Shown piece after piece: positions 25,702 through 38,958 of a stretch of 64,000 bases of DNA. This DNA is from Amoebophrya sp. A120 (taxonomy: Eukaryota > Protista > Dinoflagellata), in NCBI GenBank assembly GCA_905178155.1, contig CAJINV010000001.1, positions 13,266,635 to 13,330,634 on the forward strand, read 5' to 3'. Within the stretch, counting starts at the first letter, position 1, and every line of letters begins with the position of its first letter. The translations under genes and the position numbers were made by a program. Below the pieces are notes generated by a model, which ran no database searches, was not told the origin of the DNA, and saw only the letters and a list, made by a program, of their open reading frames with translations.

Positions 25702-28700
25702 CTATCTAAAGCTTGTCGCAGATTCGAGCCGGCGTCGAAAGATTTGACTGGCATCTTCCCGCGGTTGCTTTATTGTACTAGCAGTGGTGCCAGAAGCGGA
25801 AGACGCAGCACTGCTGTAGTTGCATCTTCGCTGCAAGGCGGAGAACCTCCATTGCAAATCCGACAAATTCGGGGGACGAAGAGCGCCGCTGCGCGCTGAC
25901 TTGTAGTGGTCGAACTGCTCCGTAGCCTCCAGTACAGACAATGTGCGCGAGCTCTGCGAATGCCCGTCGCGACTGTAGCGCGACGACATCGTTCTACTGG
26001 CGGGGGCAAAGCCACTCCTGTTTGGCGACGTGTTGAAGGACGCGGAGTAGTTGTTGTTTCCATGCTGCGCCGGCACGAATGGTTCCAGCTTGAGGCCTTG
26101 TTGTGTAGCATCCAGCATGGAGGTCGATCCGCTTTCGTTGAGCAGTCCCCCGTTGGGCGAGCGCAAGCCTGCGACAATGCCGGAAAACCCGTCATGCGAC
26201 TGGTAAATAGGGGTCACCGAGCTGGACGCCGCGCCGAAAGTCCCTGCTCGTGCGTTCGGACTTCCGTGGAACAGCGGGTGGGCAGTGAGCGCGCTCAGCT
26301 CCATGGAGAGAGAAGAATCTAGCAAGGCCGCGCGGCTGGCCAGGAGCGTGCCGGGATCCGACAGCACCGCATCAGTCGTGATGTCCACGCCGCCACACTT
26401 CGACACGCTGCAAGACGAGCTGCGCCCGCGGGTCTTGTTGTTCCGCCCGCTGCGCTGCTGCTCGTACCCCGACCTTTCCGGCTCGTCGGAGCCTGAGGGC
26501 GCGTTGTTTCGACCTGCGAGGGGGTCGTTGCGTCCACTTCCGGACGGTGAGACGTCTTCCAGTGCGGAGTTCGTGCGGGCGACGACGTACTGGGGTTTGG
26601 GTTTCGGCACAAGTGGTTGCGGAGAACCGAGCGGCGAGGCCCCAAACACCGGGGTGTCGATGGCGAAGGCCTTTGCTTTTGCACTGATCGTGCTACTTGA
26701 TGCACCGAAGTGCGTGGAGGTGCTTGCGTCGGGAGGACTGGTCTCTACCTTCAGCGAGGCGCCACGGAACGGAGGCAGTGGGGGCGGCGGCGTTGTGCTA
26801 CCTGAAGTAGAGAAGAGAAAGAGTTCGATTGGTGTTGAACAAAAGAAGTATTTACGTAAGAGGTCATTAACACATGGCGGAGATCGAGTATATTAATTCA
26901 AGACTCTTCGCAGCATTTTTGCAATTCAGCACTCTTTGTTCGGTACCATTTGGATTCCACTTGCTGCTCTTTGATGGTGGGACGAGCGCGCCGGCCTTGG
27001 GGTCGGACCCGCGGCGAGAGGGTGACCGGCTGCTTGTTGCAGAAGACGGGGCGCCACCGCGTTCGGAAGGCGGGCCGCTCGGCGGCGCCGTTCCCCCTCC
27101 GTCCGAGGCTTTGTTGGTCGGCGGCGTTGCGTCGCCCGACAGGAACTCCAAGCCTAGCGAGCGCCACTGCGTCTGCGGTTTTGCCGCGGCATCCGCAGTT
27201 TTGTCGAAAAGCTGCAGCGGGTCGCCTCCCGTAACGCCCTCTCCGTCAAACACAATGGCGGCGCCTTTCTTCTCAAATTCCGGCATGCGCGGTGACCTTG
27301 TGTTCACGGGCTTCTCGTCCTCTTCCTCTTCTTCTTCGTCCGCGAGTTTACTTTTCGGTGGGCCGAAAGGGGAGGTTGGAGAGTCCAGTGACGATTTTAT
27401 CCTCGGCACGGGCGAAGCTTCCGAAGACTTCTCGGTTTTTGCTCCGGGGGAAGCCGAAGCAGCTGCGTCGTCTACTATGTTTTGAATTATTTCCGCGTCT
27501 TGTTTCACCAGTGCTGCAGGAGAAGCGTCTGACTCTGCTTTTTCGGAAAGAACTGGCTCTACCTCTGGTGGAGTGTTGTTTCCGTCTGCTACCAGTTTCT
27601 GGATCGTCGCAATATCCCTGTCCTTGTCCACTGGCAAAGAGACGGATGCTGACGCATCAAAGCTATCCTCCTCTTCCTCCTCGTCCTCTGGTCGCAGGCG
27701 AAACACAAAACCACCATCGTCAGCGGCATGATCAGCGTCCGGTTTACTACTCTCCCCTGCCGCTGGCGCAGCGGGTGGTTTTGGAGTAGTTTGCGCTCCT
27801 GCTACGGATTCTGAGTTGCTGTAGCTATCGCCGTCCTCTTCGGTGAGAGAAACTTCGTAGACATACTCAGACGACGACGAGCCTGCGGGCGCGCTCTGCT
27901 TCGAATCCGGCTTTCCGTTGATGTTGTTCTCGACGCCCATTACAACTGTAATGTTGCCGTCTGGAGGTTCTGTAGCATTCGCATTCGGCAAACTTTTCGG
28001 AAGAGGTGGTGGTGGTGGTGGCGGAGGTACTGGCCCACGTGCATTTGGTGGAACCGGGGGTGGCGCGGGTCGTCTGGCGCTGCCGCTTCCTCCGGTTCGG
28101 GCGGACAAAGCCGCTGGAATCTCCTCGAGCGGTCTGGATTCCAGAGTGAAATTGGAGTCGAGCTCAATCACGTACTCGGACGACGACGCCGAGACAGCAG
28201 TTTCGCCGCCGCGGATCGCGCCACCGTAGTTCACGGGCGTGACACCGCTTTGCAGATCGACGCCGTCGTCGGCTGCTGCTGCATCGGCGGGCGCTTTAAT
28301 CTCCTCGTCCTGGTGCAAAGTTGTCGTGTCTGCTACCTCTACTGTCTCATCCTCCGCACTCTTCACAGCGGTGGATTTTTCCGTCTTGGTTGCAGATGAC
28401 GGCTCGGCGGTGGAAGGAGCCCCGCCTGCGGTGGCCTCTGCGGGAAGCTGTAGCTCGTCTGACGCAGTTTCGTTCTTGAGCTTTGAAATATTATCGCGAT
28501 CCGGCGAGGGGGTCGTGGCGGCGGGCGACGTGCTCGAAGACTCAGCGTCTGCGCCACCGGAGCCGAACATCCGAAAAAGCGCATCGTTGATACCACCAGC
28601 GTCTTCTTCTTTCTTCTTTTCCGAAGATGCTTCAGTGGGTATTGCAAGGCCAGTTGACTTTTCTTGTGCGGATTCCGGCCCGGGTGAAGAGGCAGCTTCT

Positions 28701-31167
28701 TCGCCCGCGGTGTTCAACTTTTCTTTGCCGCCCTGTCGCACCGAGCGGATGCGGAAGGGTAATGGCGAGGGTGACATGGCTACCGATGGGCTGGTTGGCG
28801 AACTACTGGCAGGTGTGTTTTCTCCCTCCTTCTTCGTCGCCAGCGGCTCCAGCTTGCGGGGAGGTGAGGAAGAACTGGGGGACGACGGATTTGCCTGCGT
28901 ATTTGGAACTGTTTCCTCTTGCGCAGTCGTTTTTTCTTTTGCGCCTGCTCGACGTGCGCGATCCGCCTTGCGGTTGGTGTTGCCCTGAATTTTCATTTGG
29001 AGAAAAGTTGATGGGATTTCATTTGCTATATGAAGATTCTCTATTTCTTTGGTTACTCGTCGGAAGCAAATGACACACTTGACACGCAGCATCAGGACGC
29101 AATCGCTATTCTGTCTTGCTACCTCGTAATTGAAATCATCGGAATCCGAAGTCCAATCTTCGGCTTCGACGGCCACTGGCTGTTTTTTCGCTTGAGGTTC
29201 CTCGTTTTTCGTCGTAGCCAGGAGATCCACTCCGAAAAATTGCTTTCCGCGCTTATCAGCCACCGGCCCTAGATTGGACGCTGCCTTCGGAGGGGCCACT
29301 GATGCTGCGGCAGGATCCGGTGTGGCTTGCTCCGCACCCTGATTTTTTTCAACGGATAAGTTGCGTAAAATCGAACTAGATAAACGCAACCACGAGCGAA
29401 AAGCATCGTTGAAAGTTCGCGATGAATGTTTGTTTACCTGTGTCGTCTCTAGTGTGTCGGTACTCTGCGCACCGGACTTAGCAGTGCCGCTTTGATCACC
29501 AGTCGAGCTGGTTTCCGCAACTTCCGCTTCGTACTCCGATGTTCCCGAGCCTGAGTCGGCAGCCTCCTCTGGCGGTACAACCGGCCCAGTCTGTGTGCCT
29601 GCGCTTTGTGGTTGCTCTGGTTCTTCCTGCGTTACCGGCAGCGCCGCAGTCGCTCCTGCAGCCGGACTGTCAATCCCGTCCTCCGGCACGTCGCGCAAAA
29701 GAGGTCCGAGAATTTTTGACATTTCATCCTCGCTGCTGTCGTCTGGTACTAAACCTGCTGCAGAGGACGATGAAGCAGCCCCACCGCCCAGAGCCCCTTT
29801 GATGCCGCCCGAGGCCGCGAGCCTTGTCGTCGCTGCGGCTGCTCCGTTGCGCAGAAAGGATGGCGCGGCCGCGCCGAGCGTGTGAACCCGCGCCGGCGTG
29901 CTGGGTTTCGGCTTCGTCGTTTTCGTCACCACGGGAGACATCATCGGAATCTGTTCGCTCTTCACACTGTCCTCATTATCCAACAGATTCACGACGTCTT
30001 GAGCTGCAACAACTCCGACCGCAGTAGCTTTTTTCCCAGTCAAAGCGCTGCTCGTCCCCTCTTGCTGGATATTTTTAACCGCCTCATCGCCGTCGTCGTC
30101 AACCTGGGCGAGCAGATCGCCTAGCGAGCTTTCGTCGTGGTCCTTTGAGGTGTTGTTTCCACCGTTCTCCGCGGGGAATAGCGCGCTCATATCCTCCTCC
30201 TCCTCATCATCGAACGCCGGAAATTTTGCCTTCTCCTGGCCGCCTTGGTCACCGCCCCCTCCGACCCCCGCCGGGGTATTATTCCCGGCTGTGGGGGAAC
30301 TCAGGGGCGACAGTCCCAGCGACTCATCTACCTCGACGTGCTGCCCGCCGGCGAGGGAATCCGCGTCCTCTGCATCATTCAGTGCACCGGCTCCGGGCGT
30401 TTTATCCTCGTCGTCGTCCATCGAAAGTCCCATCTCATCCTCGTCCGCCAGGTCTTCTTCTAAATCCTTCAAGGAAAACTTCGGCAAGCGCTGCACCATA
30501 TCATCCGGCGTCTATCAACTGCAAAAATGTCTGGGTCTGGAAACTTGTAATGCTGCGTTGGGAATAGTGAATGCTCTGTAATGCACAAGCAAGCATGACA
30601 AATATCTGCGCTTCTTTGTGTTGCAATTTTCGCATGACAAACTGCGTTTTTGCATGACAGGCAAAAGGGTCTCTTCTTGGACACGCATCACAAACCGATT
30701 GGTCATGCCAGACAAGCATGACAAATTTGCACTCTTCCAGATCCAGACATTTTTGCATTTGATAGCGTCCGCGCTGGAGACTGTTCCCGCCCCTCGAAGT
30801 AGTCGGATTCGCGTTTGCGCAACTCGGAGACCACGAAATCGTGATTGTAATCCTCCGCCGTGGTGCGAATGTACTTCTTCGGAATCTGCTGCAGCCACTC
30901 GTCCCACTCCTCGTCATCATCGCCTTCCATGTCCTCCCAAAGCCGCCCCGGGGACAGCATCGGGAGATCCCGCTCCTTCCGACGGGGCCACATGATCCTT
31001 TGGTGCGTAGTTCTCGGATGGTCTATATCTTGCGCAATAGTCAAGGTGTCTGTCGCTTTCGCAAAAGGACCACCCGTCGATTTTTTCTTTGCGATCGATG
31101 TCTCTAACGAAAGTCTTAATAAGCGAAGAGCCAACGAAGAAAGAAGTACATACCAAGCTTGATTCAT
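25702..31167 (-). CDS. Very large low-complexity, intrinsically disordered (S/A/E/P-rich) protein containing an introner
   Basis: ORF 30703..31167 fuses to 26867..30499 after introner removal (QSPARTPDDMVQRLPK). GT-AG intron 26802-26946 joins it to 25702..26649. Probable in-frame introns 28985-29122 and 29339-29437. Start uncertain. Confidence 0.7.
30513..30764. mobile_element. Introner-like TIR element, family A (252 bp, opposite orientation), TSD GCGTC
   Basis: TATCAACTGCAAAAATGTCTGGGTCTGGAA...TTCCAGATCCAGACATTTTTGCATTTGATA. GCGTC at 30508-30512 and 30765-30769. Confidence 0.93.
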
Positions 31168-31670
31168 TTATCGTAGGACGCTTGCGATTGGTAGGTGAGC
31201 CGCAAAAAATGCGGTCGAAAAATAAGGACGAAATCAAATCCACGCAGGCCTCACAGCTTGGAAAATTTCTGCACTTTGGCAACGTTCGCAAACGAAGACG
31301 CAAACAAAGTCAAACCGCTTTGTTTCCTAAAGACACTAACGTGAAAGCTTAGTGCCAACCACCACAACGGAGATCGACTTTTGAGACGTCTCCGTACGCC
31401 TTGCTCTCATGTCATCCTATTTCCTCGTCTCAACTGTTTTCGGACCTTTTCCTGCAAGAGTCCACATTACCACCACACGCGGCCGACCCTATTCATCCCA
31501 GCCCGAGAACACCGGTATTTTCAGCGAGCATCTGTCAATGAGGCCAATGCCACATTACTCCCGCTTAGTAAGCGGTTTGAAAATGCCTGCAATGCGTTTC
31601 TTGTTCGTTGAATAGACGTGCTTATGCGTTTTTACTACGACCACAGGGTATAGTATTCAAGATCCTCGCC

Positions 31671-32176
31671 TTATGAATTTTCCGCTTTTCGATAGTCGCA
31701 TTTTGCGCATTGGTAGTAACACGTCTGGCCTTCGTCTGCGGATCGAGTTTGCCTGGTCCAGAACATCAATCTGTCGTTGCCGCACTTGGGGCAGTCTTGT
31801 ATCATCTCCGCGTAGTTTTCTGCGCCGCTTGGTACCGTGAACGCGTTTTCTTTCTGCCACCTCTTCACCTGTTTGATTTTGGTTTTTGTGATAATTTCAA
31901 ACGCTTCATCGAGTTCTGTGCTCCTCTCGGTGGGACTTCTAAATGCTGAATCTATCAATAGGGAGCTGGACCAGTTCTTGCTCATCTAAAGACAGTTCTA
32001 CTTAAAACGGAAATCAGTACCGCAGCTTCCTTGGTGATTGTGATCGCGGATGAGAGCGATTCTTTTTCTCCTATCATTACATCCCAGCCGCACATTTGAC
32101 AATGCTTTCTATTCGCCTGTGAGTAGTCCAGCACGCTGGCACATATCTTGCAGTAATTTGAGGCGTCGAAAGCCAT
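31671..32176 (-). CDS. RPA12: RNA polymerase I subunit A12 (RPA12/ZNRD1-like, TFIIS-type zinc ribbons)
   Basis: N-terminal CKIC..CQMC; C-terminal CPKC..QTRSADEGQTCYYQCAKC. 35-nt GT-AG intron 31986-32020. Confidence 0.8.
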
Positions 32177-33047
32177 TGCCGCTATTTGGAGTTGTATCTG
32201 GCTTTTCCTTTTCTTTGTCTTAACGAACAAGTATGGACACAGAAGTGGTTTCTGATTGGTATGCCGGGCTAATGTCAAAGTGACAGGACAAAAAAACTTA
32301 AATGCTTCCTCGTCCTGCTCTATATGCTACTTACGCGCCTTTCCTTGGTGTTGGTGTCGCCTGATAAGGGTTGAGGTTCAAATTATGGACATTGGAAGGA
32401 TCGCAGTAGCACCACTAAGCTATCATGTGATCTTCATGGGTGCCCGAGATCACATTCTTATTTTCCGGCCACAAACACGTGACCTTTGGCGGACCTGTCA
32501 GCGGGTGCGTGGATCCTTTCATTTTAGTCTCGGTGTAGGAACTCGTTGATCTAATTCACGATGGTGTCCTCCACGGATTGACATTGAACCTTTCACATTG
32601 CGTCACGACCGAATTTGACCAGACCAAGAAAGTATCGTACTTATTTGCGAGAACTGGAACATTGAATGATGAGATCAAACGACCCTACTTCGTCGCATCT
32701 AGCAAATTGCAGTTGCCTCATCAAGAAAATAGCTCAGAAAATTGCGCATGCAGAGGCGAGTTCATCGGGGTAAGAAAGTCATCTGCTCTCAATCAAGAAA
32801 GCACGGCTGCGAGTGAGGAGGCGAACTTTCTTGGGTTGAAGAGAGATGAAAAAGGGTGATAAGGGTAACTCAAACAGGTCAGTGGTTGGGAAGTTGTGCT
32901 TGTAGTGAGAAGAGTCATTACCATTAGGGGTAGGGGCAGCCTGCAAAAAGAAAGCTCATCAGATTTCGTTGAGATCGGAAGCAAGTCGATGCAACAAGTG
33001 AGTCCTCAAACGCAACAAATAGTTGTCGCTGTTGCAGTCCAAAAGCT

Positions 33048-34054
33048 TCACGAAAACAGCCACGTCGCCGTTCCGATCACGGAGGCCAGCATCATCGCGC
33101 CCTTCGTACTGCCCAACAGACTGGAGGCGCCAGAAATTTGGTTGGGGTTCACACCGCCGCCCGGAGCTCCCGTCGCCGGTGGATCAAAGTACCCGTTCTT
33201 GAAATAGTTCTGTCGTATTTATGTGTAGATTTTCGTTTTCCACTGCGAAGATGAAGAACACATCATCATCATCATCATCATCATCATCTATCCTGCGCGG
33301 GGTGTTGCGCAGAGGGTAATTAGAAGTACTTCTACGTGCTCATACTACACCAGCATGCTCTCTTGGTGCACAAGCGAAAAACCACGAATCTTCAATACAA
33401 AAATGTAATTTCAGGTACGTCCTGTGGATCGCAGAGGTTCTTCATGACCATCCAAAACACGCCCATGTGCAGCTTCTGCCAGCAGGAGTGCCCGAGCGAT
33501 TTGTACCGGTGCTCGCACGCCACACTGCACACCTCGCCTTGGTTGCTGTAGTAGAGAGCCCGAAGATAAAAATGTTTTTGAGGTTCTCTCATCAGTCTCA
33601 ATCATTGTGATTTTGAAAGATAACACATCAAGACATCATTAAATATCATTTACCCTGCGCACGGTGGGCAGGTGCCGTCGCTCTGGCAGCAGGCCATAAT
33701 GCAGGGTGTTCCGTCATCCAGCGTGCTCCCATACTCGTAGGACATTTGGCAGCACTTGGCCTGATTCGGATCCACCAGACAGTCTGCATCCGCGGTTGAT
33801 GTTGATGATACTGACAACGTTGGATCCGCACCACTGGCCAGAACGCAGATGGTAAAAAACGTGCGGACTCGGACTGGGAAGAGTGCGAGCGGTTTGTGTT
33901 TCTTCCCGTCTTGCCTTCTACTGGTCGAAGAGGCGGAGGAGGTGGTGCTTCTGTTGCTAAGTTGAGAAAAAGGAGGTGTCGACAAACTTACCGCACAGTC
34001 GCTGACCATGTCTTCCTCTGCGCACGCCGGTCCTGATCGCTCCAGCACTGTCAT
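33048..34054 (-). CDS. Small Cys-rich, putatively GPI-anchored surface protein; 3 exons
   Basis: Exons ...DCLVDPNQAKCCQ..CIMACCQSDGTCPPCA / RALYYSNQGEVCSVACEHRYKSLGHSCW..LCDPQD / NYFKNG..SGASSLLGSTKGAMMLASVIGTATWLFS*, the last ending in a hydrophobic tail. Start codon and first acceptor uncertain. Confidence 0.55.
33261..33288 (+). repeat. (CAT)9 microsatellite in an intron
   Basis: catcatcatcatcatcatcatcatcatc. Confidence 0.95.
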
Positions 34055-34677
34055 TTTATTGTAGTTGTGACTTTTACTTGAAAGACTAGAGTTCGTTTCG
34101 AAGCGTTCGCGCACAAATCAAAACTTTCTATCTTCCTTGTCAGGTTTTTTTACTCTGAGGAAAACTGGGATGTAAGGACTTAGATCCTCAATCTCAGCAA
34201 AGCGCGGGGACAACTGGGTCGAGAAGTTTTTTTCGAAAAAACAATGTTTCTTGTACGGGTCTTGAATATGGACAATTTGTTTTATCATTTCTCTCGGAAT
34301 ATTCGCTCTCGTCTAATACCCAGGATCACCTGATAGTGATATCCTACCCCTCTCTCAACTTCTATAAAGAAGAAACCCCAGTGCCCGTCACACACTTGTG
34401 TAAACATCGAATCTCTCAGGTGCATCCCAAGAACCACTCTGTCATTTCTCGAACTCAATTAGCTTTAGCTCTTCAAGGCTTATAGCAGTGTTCATGTTCT
34501 TTAGACTTTTTTCTATACCGCAATTTGCTTCGAAAGAAACGATGGTGATGGAAACGGGAACCTTGTTAGCAAAGAACCAGTGGTGTTGAATGAACCTACT
34601 TGGTAAGGAACTTTTCGCTTTTGCGGCTCAGAATCTTGCTTCACCACGCACGACCATTTCGTATCCTGCTCGGCAGA

Positions 34678-36418
34678 TCAAGTCGCCCTTCCTCCAGCTC
34701 GCCTTTCTTGCCGCGACATCCTTCCCGGGGATGGCGAAAATAAAGGCGGCCCGTCGGCCTTATTTTGGCCAGCAGCTGAAAAATCCGGCTGGCCCCGCCC
34801 CCGCTCCGCGCTGTAATCGCTGAAAATACTGCTGGCTTCCTCGTCCTTAAACAGCACGCGACGGCTGCTGTTGGCCGCATTGGGGCTATGCAGACTATCG
34901 TTCTCGTCGTACTCGTCTTCTACGGATTGATCGTCCGCCTGCCCCCCGTCGCGGGTCGGTGAAACAGGACGACTCGGCGTTCGCTCTGCATTCGTGCGCG
35001 CTACATCTGTATTGTTCAGTGTTGACCAATCTTTCCTCAACGTGGTCGAAGGGCAGCGTTTCTTTGGGCTTCAACTTCAAAGAAACACCACAAAACTAAC
35101 ACAAACAGTTTCTCTTGTGGAAGACGTAAACCCACACTCACGAAGCAAAAACAAACATACATGATACCAAGCCGCTTCAATCTTGCGTACAACGCGGTAG
35201 AAAAGCGTCCGCCTAAAATCCAACTATCAAATGTAAAAATGTCTGGGTCTGGAAGAATTCATGTTTGTCATGCTTGTCTGGCATGACCCTTAAATCTGTC
35301 ATGCACATTACCAAAGAGCCCCACTTTTCTGTCATGCAGAAACGTAGTTTGTCACGCAGAATAGGCAACACCTAGAAGCTCAGAAACTTGTCATGCTGAG
35401 CCAGCAATTGTGGCCTCCTCATGATACGCCACGCAGCATCACAAGTTTCCAGACCCAGACATTTTTACATTTGATACCAACAGAGCATGAACAATGCGAG
35501 GGAGCCGACGGCAACCGCAACCCGGAATGCGCCATTCTTCGTGTAGTCCCAAACCGTTCCGAAAACCCCACCCCCGCCTCCACCCCGCTGCGAGGAAGAG
35601 CCGCTCTGGTGCGAGCTACCCGCTCGCGCTCGATGGTGCTGGTGCGAGCGGTGGTGATGGTGCTGCGACGTGGAACTTTCATGCTCTGCCTGCTGCTCGT
35701 AGTGGGCGGCGGGGTCATCGGATGAGAGCAGCGGGTCCACCAGATTCCGAAAGGCGCGGTTAGCGTCCCCGATTGGTCCTGGTTTCTTCTGGACAAATGG
35801 TCTTGTGAGGCCTAAAAATTCGTCATCCTCCGGCGAATTGACGCCCGACAAAATATCGCGCGCTGCGTCCACAGTCGAAGGAGTGAGTTCGGTTCTTTCT
35901 CCGTCTTGTTCAGGACTTTTGGTTATTTTTCGTTGGTTTTCGGCGGACATAATCTCTGCCGAGTCGGGCAACGCTCGTCGTATTATTTGCTGCGATCGCT
36001 GCGGTGTAGAGGCACCACTTTCGGACTGATCATTGCCAAGTGCATCTGCTCTGCTGCCGAAATCACGAGCCTCCGCTGTCCCCGAAGGGAGCAAAGGTTC
36101 GTCCCCAACGTGACTGTTGTGCAGTGTTGTCCCAGCGGTATGTCCTCGTGCTGCTTCCCGCCTCGCATCGGCCTCAATGTCCTCGTTCATTTTGTCGATC
36201 ACAGTCTCCACCGCCTGCACAGAGGGCGGCCGCTCGAGAAGGTTTTGCGGATCGGTCACGGAACCGTCCACGTCCATGTCGGCACGGCGCAGAAGCGAAG
36301 GGTGCTCCGCAGTTGTCGCAGTCGTTAGCCACGGCGACGTGAGAAAAAACGAGAGCGTCGTCGAGCATCTAGCGAAGGAAGGCACTCTCGGCAACGCTGA
36401 TCTCCTGCCGGGCGTCAT
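34678..36418 (-). CDS. Single-pass membrane protein; introner inserted at the TM segment
   Basis: ORF 35465..36418 continues after introner removal as VAVGSLALFMLCWILGGRFSTALYARLKRLGI. A probable GT-AG intron then joins it to 34678..35040. Confidence 0.65.
35225..35476. mobile_element. Introner-like TIR element, family A (252 bp), TSD CCAAC
   Basis: Perfect 30-bp TIR TATCAAATGTAAAAATGTCTGGGTCTGGAA. CCAAC at 35220-35224 and 35477-35481. Confidence 0.95.
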
Positions 36419-36981
36419 GTTCTCTGCGACTGTGCCTGCTCGTACAAGTCCTGCATGTTGTCAGAGATTATTTTCAGCGTTGTCTACACACGTAGTTTAT
36501 ACAGATCTTTTATTCGATATCGATTGTAAGTACGATCAGAACTGGCTTCTTAGAAGCTATTCTAAAATCCTGTGACCAGTTGGAGCACTCTTGCTTCTTT
36601 CATCATAAGGGCACCGGCACCGGCACGACTGCGACGTTACAAAAGTCTTGCAGAACTCACAAACTTACTCTCATTCACCGAAACTTCACTCCCACTCAGT
36701 CACAGTTGCAACACAAACGACAGCAGCGCGCGCGCGTCAAACAAGTGACAGGACGACTAGTAGTAGTCTTTGTCCTTTTCCTTTCTGCTTTAGGTTTAGC
36801 GTGTAGAAGACTGCTTCTGATTGATTCTTCTACGAAAGTGCTTGTTTGTTGCATCTACACCAATATTTAGCATTGCGCACTTCTTATCACCAGGTGCTTT
36901 TGCAGCGCTTGGGGTCCAGCGCTATGGGGTCCAACTAACAGAAAATTTCGGTAAACGTATATTTTTTCTACTTTTACTGCC

Positions 36982-37626
36982 CTACTTAAAAAACCAGTCG
37001 CCCATTTGTTTCACCGCTCGCATCAATCTCGAGCTGTCGGGCCTCGCAAGGTTCATGCGCGCGAGGTACGACGGCGGGTTATAGGTGGACATCTGACTTG
37101 CGAGCCACTCCGAGGCGAAGGGCCTTCGCACTTGTAGCACCGGCACGACGATTGAGTGGCCGTCCAGTTCGAGCACTTCCTGCACCCCGATCAAATCCTG
37201 AAATCTTACGAAAATCTCGTACACACTCTGCCCTCTCCTCGTGGCCACAATGCGACAATGCACGAAGCGCTGCACCTGCGAAAGCACCTCGGGAACCGCG
37301 TAGGGGGGCACGTTGCCGAGAACCACCCAGTAGTGCGCGTCAGAGGCGTCTAGTCGAATAAAATCGAACTCCGGATCGCTACTACCGCCGGTAGCGGAGA
37401 GAAGTATCGCGCGCCGCTGCGTCTGGTGAATATCATAATCGTACTCCGGCTCGTTCACGTAAGCTACTGTGCCATCGTTCCAATCTGCAGAGCTTCTGTT
37501 GCCGCCGAAAAGAAACCCGGGTCTCCAAGAAAAGAAAGACCCATCGTTGTCACCGGTGCTATCGGATACAACACCTCGAGAATTTTCGAGAAACAGAGGA
37601 TGCGAAACTGGAGTAAAGCAAGTCAT
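36982..37626 (-). CDS. RRM-like domain protein (possibly Nup35/Nup53-type)
   Basis: HYWVVLGNVPPYAVPEVLSQVQRF...EIFVRFQDLIGVQEVLELDGHSIV fits an RRM pattern. 5' end unresolved. Confidence 0.45.
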   Translation of the reverse strand: MTCFTPVSHPLFLENSRGVVSDSTGDNDGSFFSWRPGFLFGGNRSSADWNDGTVAYVNEPEYDYDIHQTQRRAILLSATGGSSDPEFDFIRLDASDAHYWVVLGNVPPYAVPEVLSQVQRFVHCRIVATRRGQSVYEIFVRFQDLIGVQEVLELDGHSIVVPVLQVRRPFASEWLASQMSTYNPPSYLARMNLARPDSSRLMRAVKQMGDWFFK

Positions 37627-38958
37627 AACGTTAACGAGAAAAATGAAACAATTGGCAGAACTTTACTAGGGTCTAGCTTGGACGAGGGTGATCTAGGATT
37701 GTATAATGGGTGGGATGCTGCTCATGCGCATGAATTCGGGCGAGAAGAAATACCTCGATGTTCGATCATGAAGTTTGACTTTTTGAATTTCGGAATGAAA
37801 AGTAGAAGCCCGAACTTTCATCACAGTATGAATGACGACAAAAACAACGAGGAACTGCTGAGCGAGTAGTACTAGTAACTTTTTTGCCTTTCTACGAAAG
37901 CCGTTGCACGAAACATCATCAACTACAAACCACAACGAATATTGAGAACGGCAGACGATGCCACGAAACGAACGAAGGACGACGGAACATGATTTGACGA
38001 CCACGTGGCGAGAGACATAACCTATGGACCGACAAAGCGAAAGAACCACGATGACGAGCAGCAGGACGATCACAACAGCAAAAACGGATATGACGAAAAT
38101 TGCGGACAAACGCATGGACGGCCTCTACACTATGGGCATTTGGTGTGCTGCGCACCACTCGTGTAAACATTAAACTTTGTGTAAACACTCGTGTGACGAA
38201 TTTGCAACTTCACAGACAGAAGTAGACTTCGATCGAAATTGAAATTTTTTTGGTGCAGTACGATATTGTTTCTACAAAACAAAGACAAGGTCAAATTGCT
38301 TGTTTGTACAATGGGACAGTGAAGTCGTGGACCCGCTGGACCTGTAATTCATATACGAGAAGCAAATACAAAATAGGAGCGCGCTACAGCATAGGTACAT
38401 AATACAAATACAAGCAGGGAAAATATACTTGCCACACGGCAAAAGAGCTTTTTGCTTTTGTACATTCCAAAGCGGTAAGTAAGTTAAATACTGGTAGAAG
38501 AGTTGCACACAGAGTATAGTTACAAAACTTTAGAGGAATAGTGGAAACGACAGAGCCATACGCATTGATCTGGCTATCGTTATTTATGATGTACAGGTCA
38601 TCTTTGGTTAGTACGCATACAAACACATCCATACGCAGAACTGCTAAGGCAAGTAGGCACTAATTTAAATTTACATCGCTCATCAATTTGGAAATGCGGT
38701 TACATAATTGGTACAGGTAAGAAACGCGAACGGGACTCTCATTATTTTTTACTTTTCTTTGAAATTTAAGCGGTACAAATTTTCTTTGATTTCGTGCGTT
38801 GGTACACTTTTATTCTCTAGAGATACAAAGATATTCTCTGCGTCTGGATTCGCAGCTGGTCAACCTCATCTGTAAAATATTGACGGTATGAACTGCAGCA
38901 TGATGTGCGGGCAACATACACTGCTGCATCGCAGCAGAAACTGGTTGAAAACCTGTTC

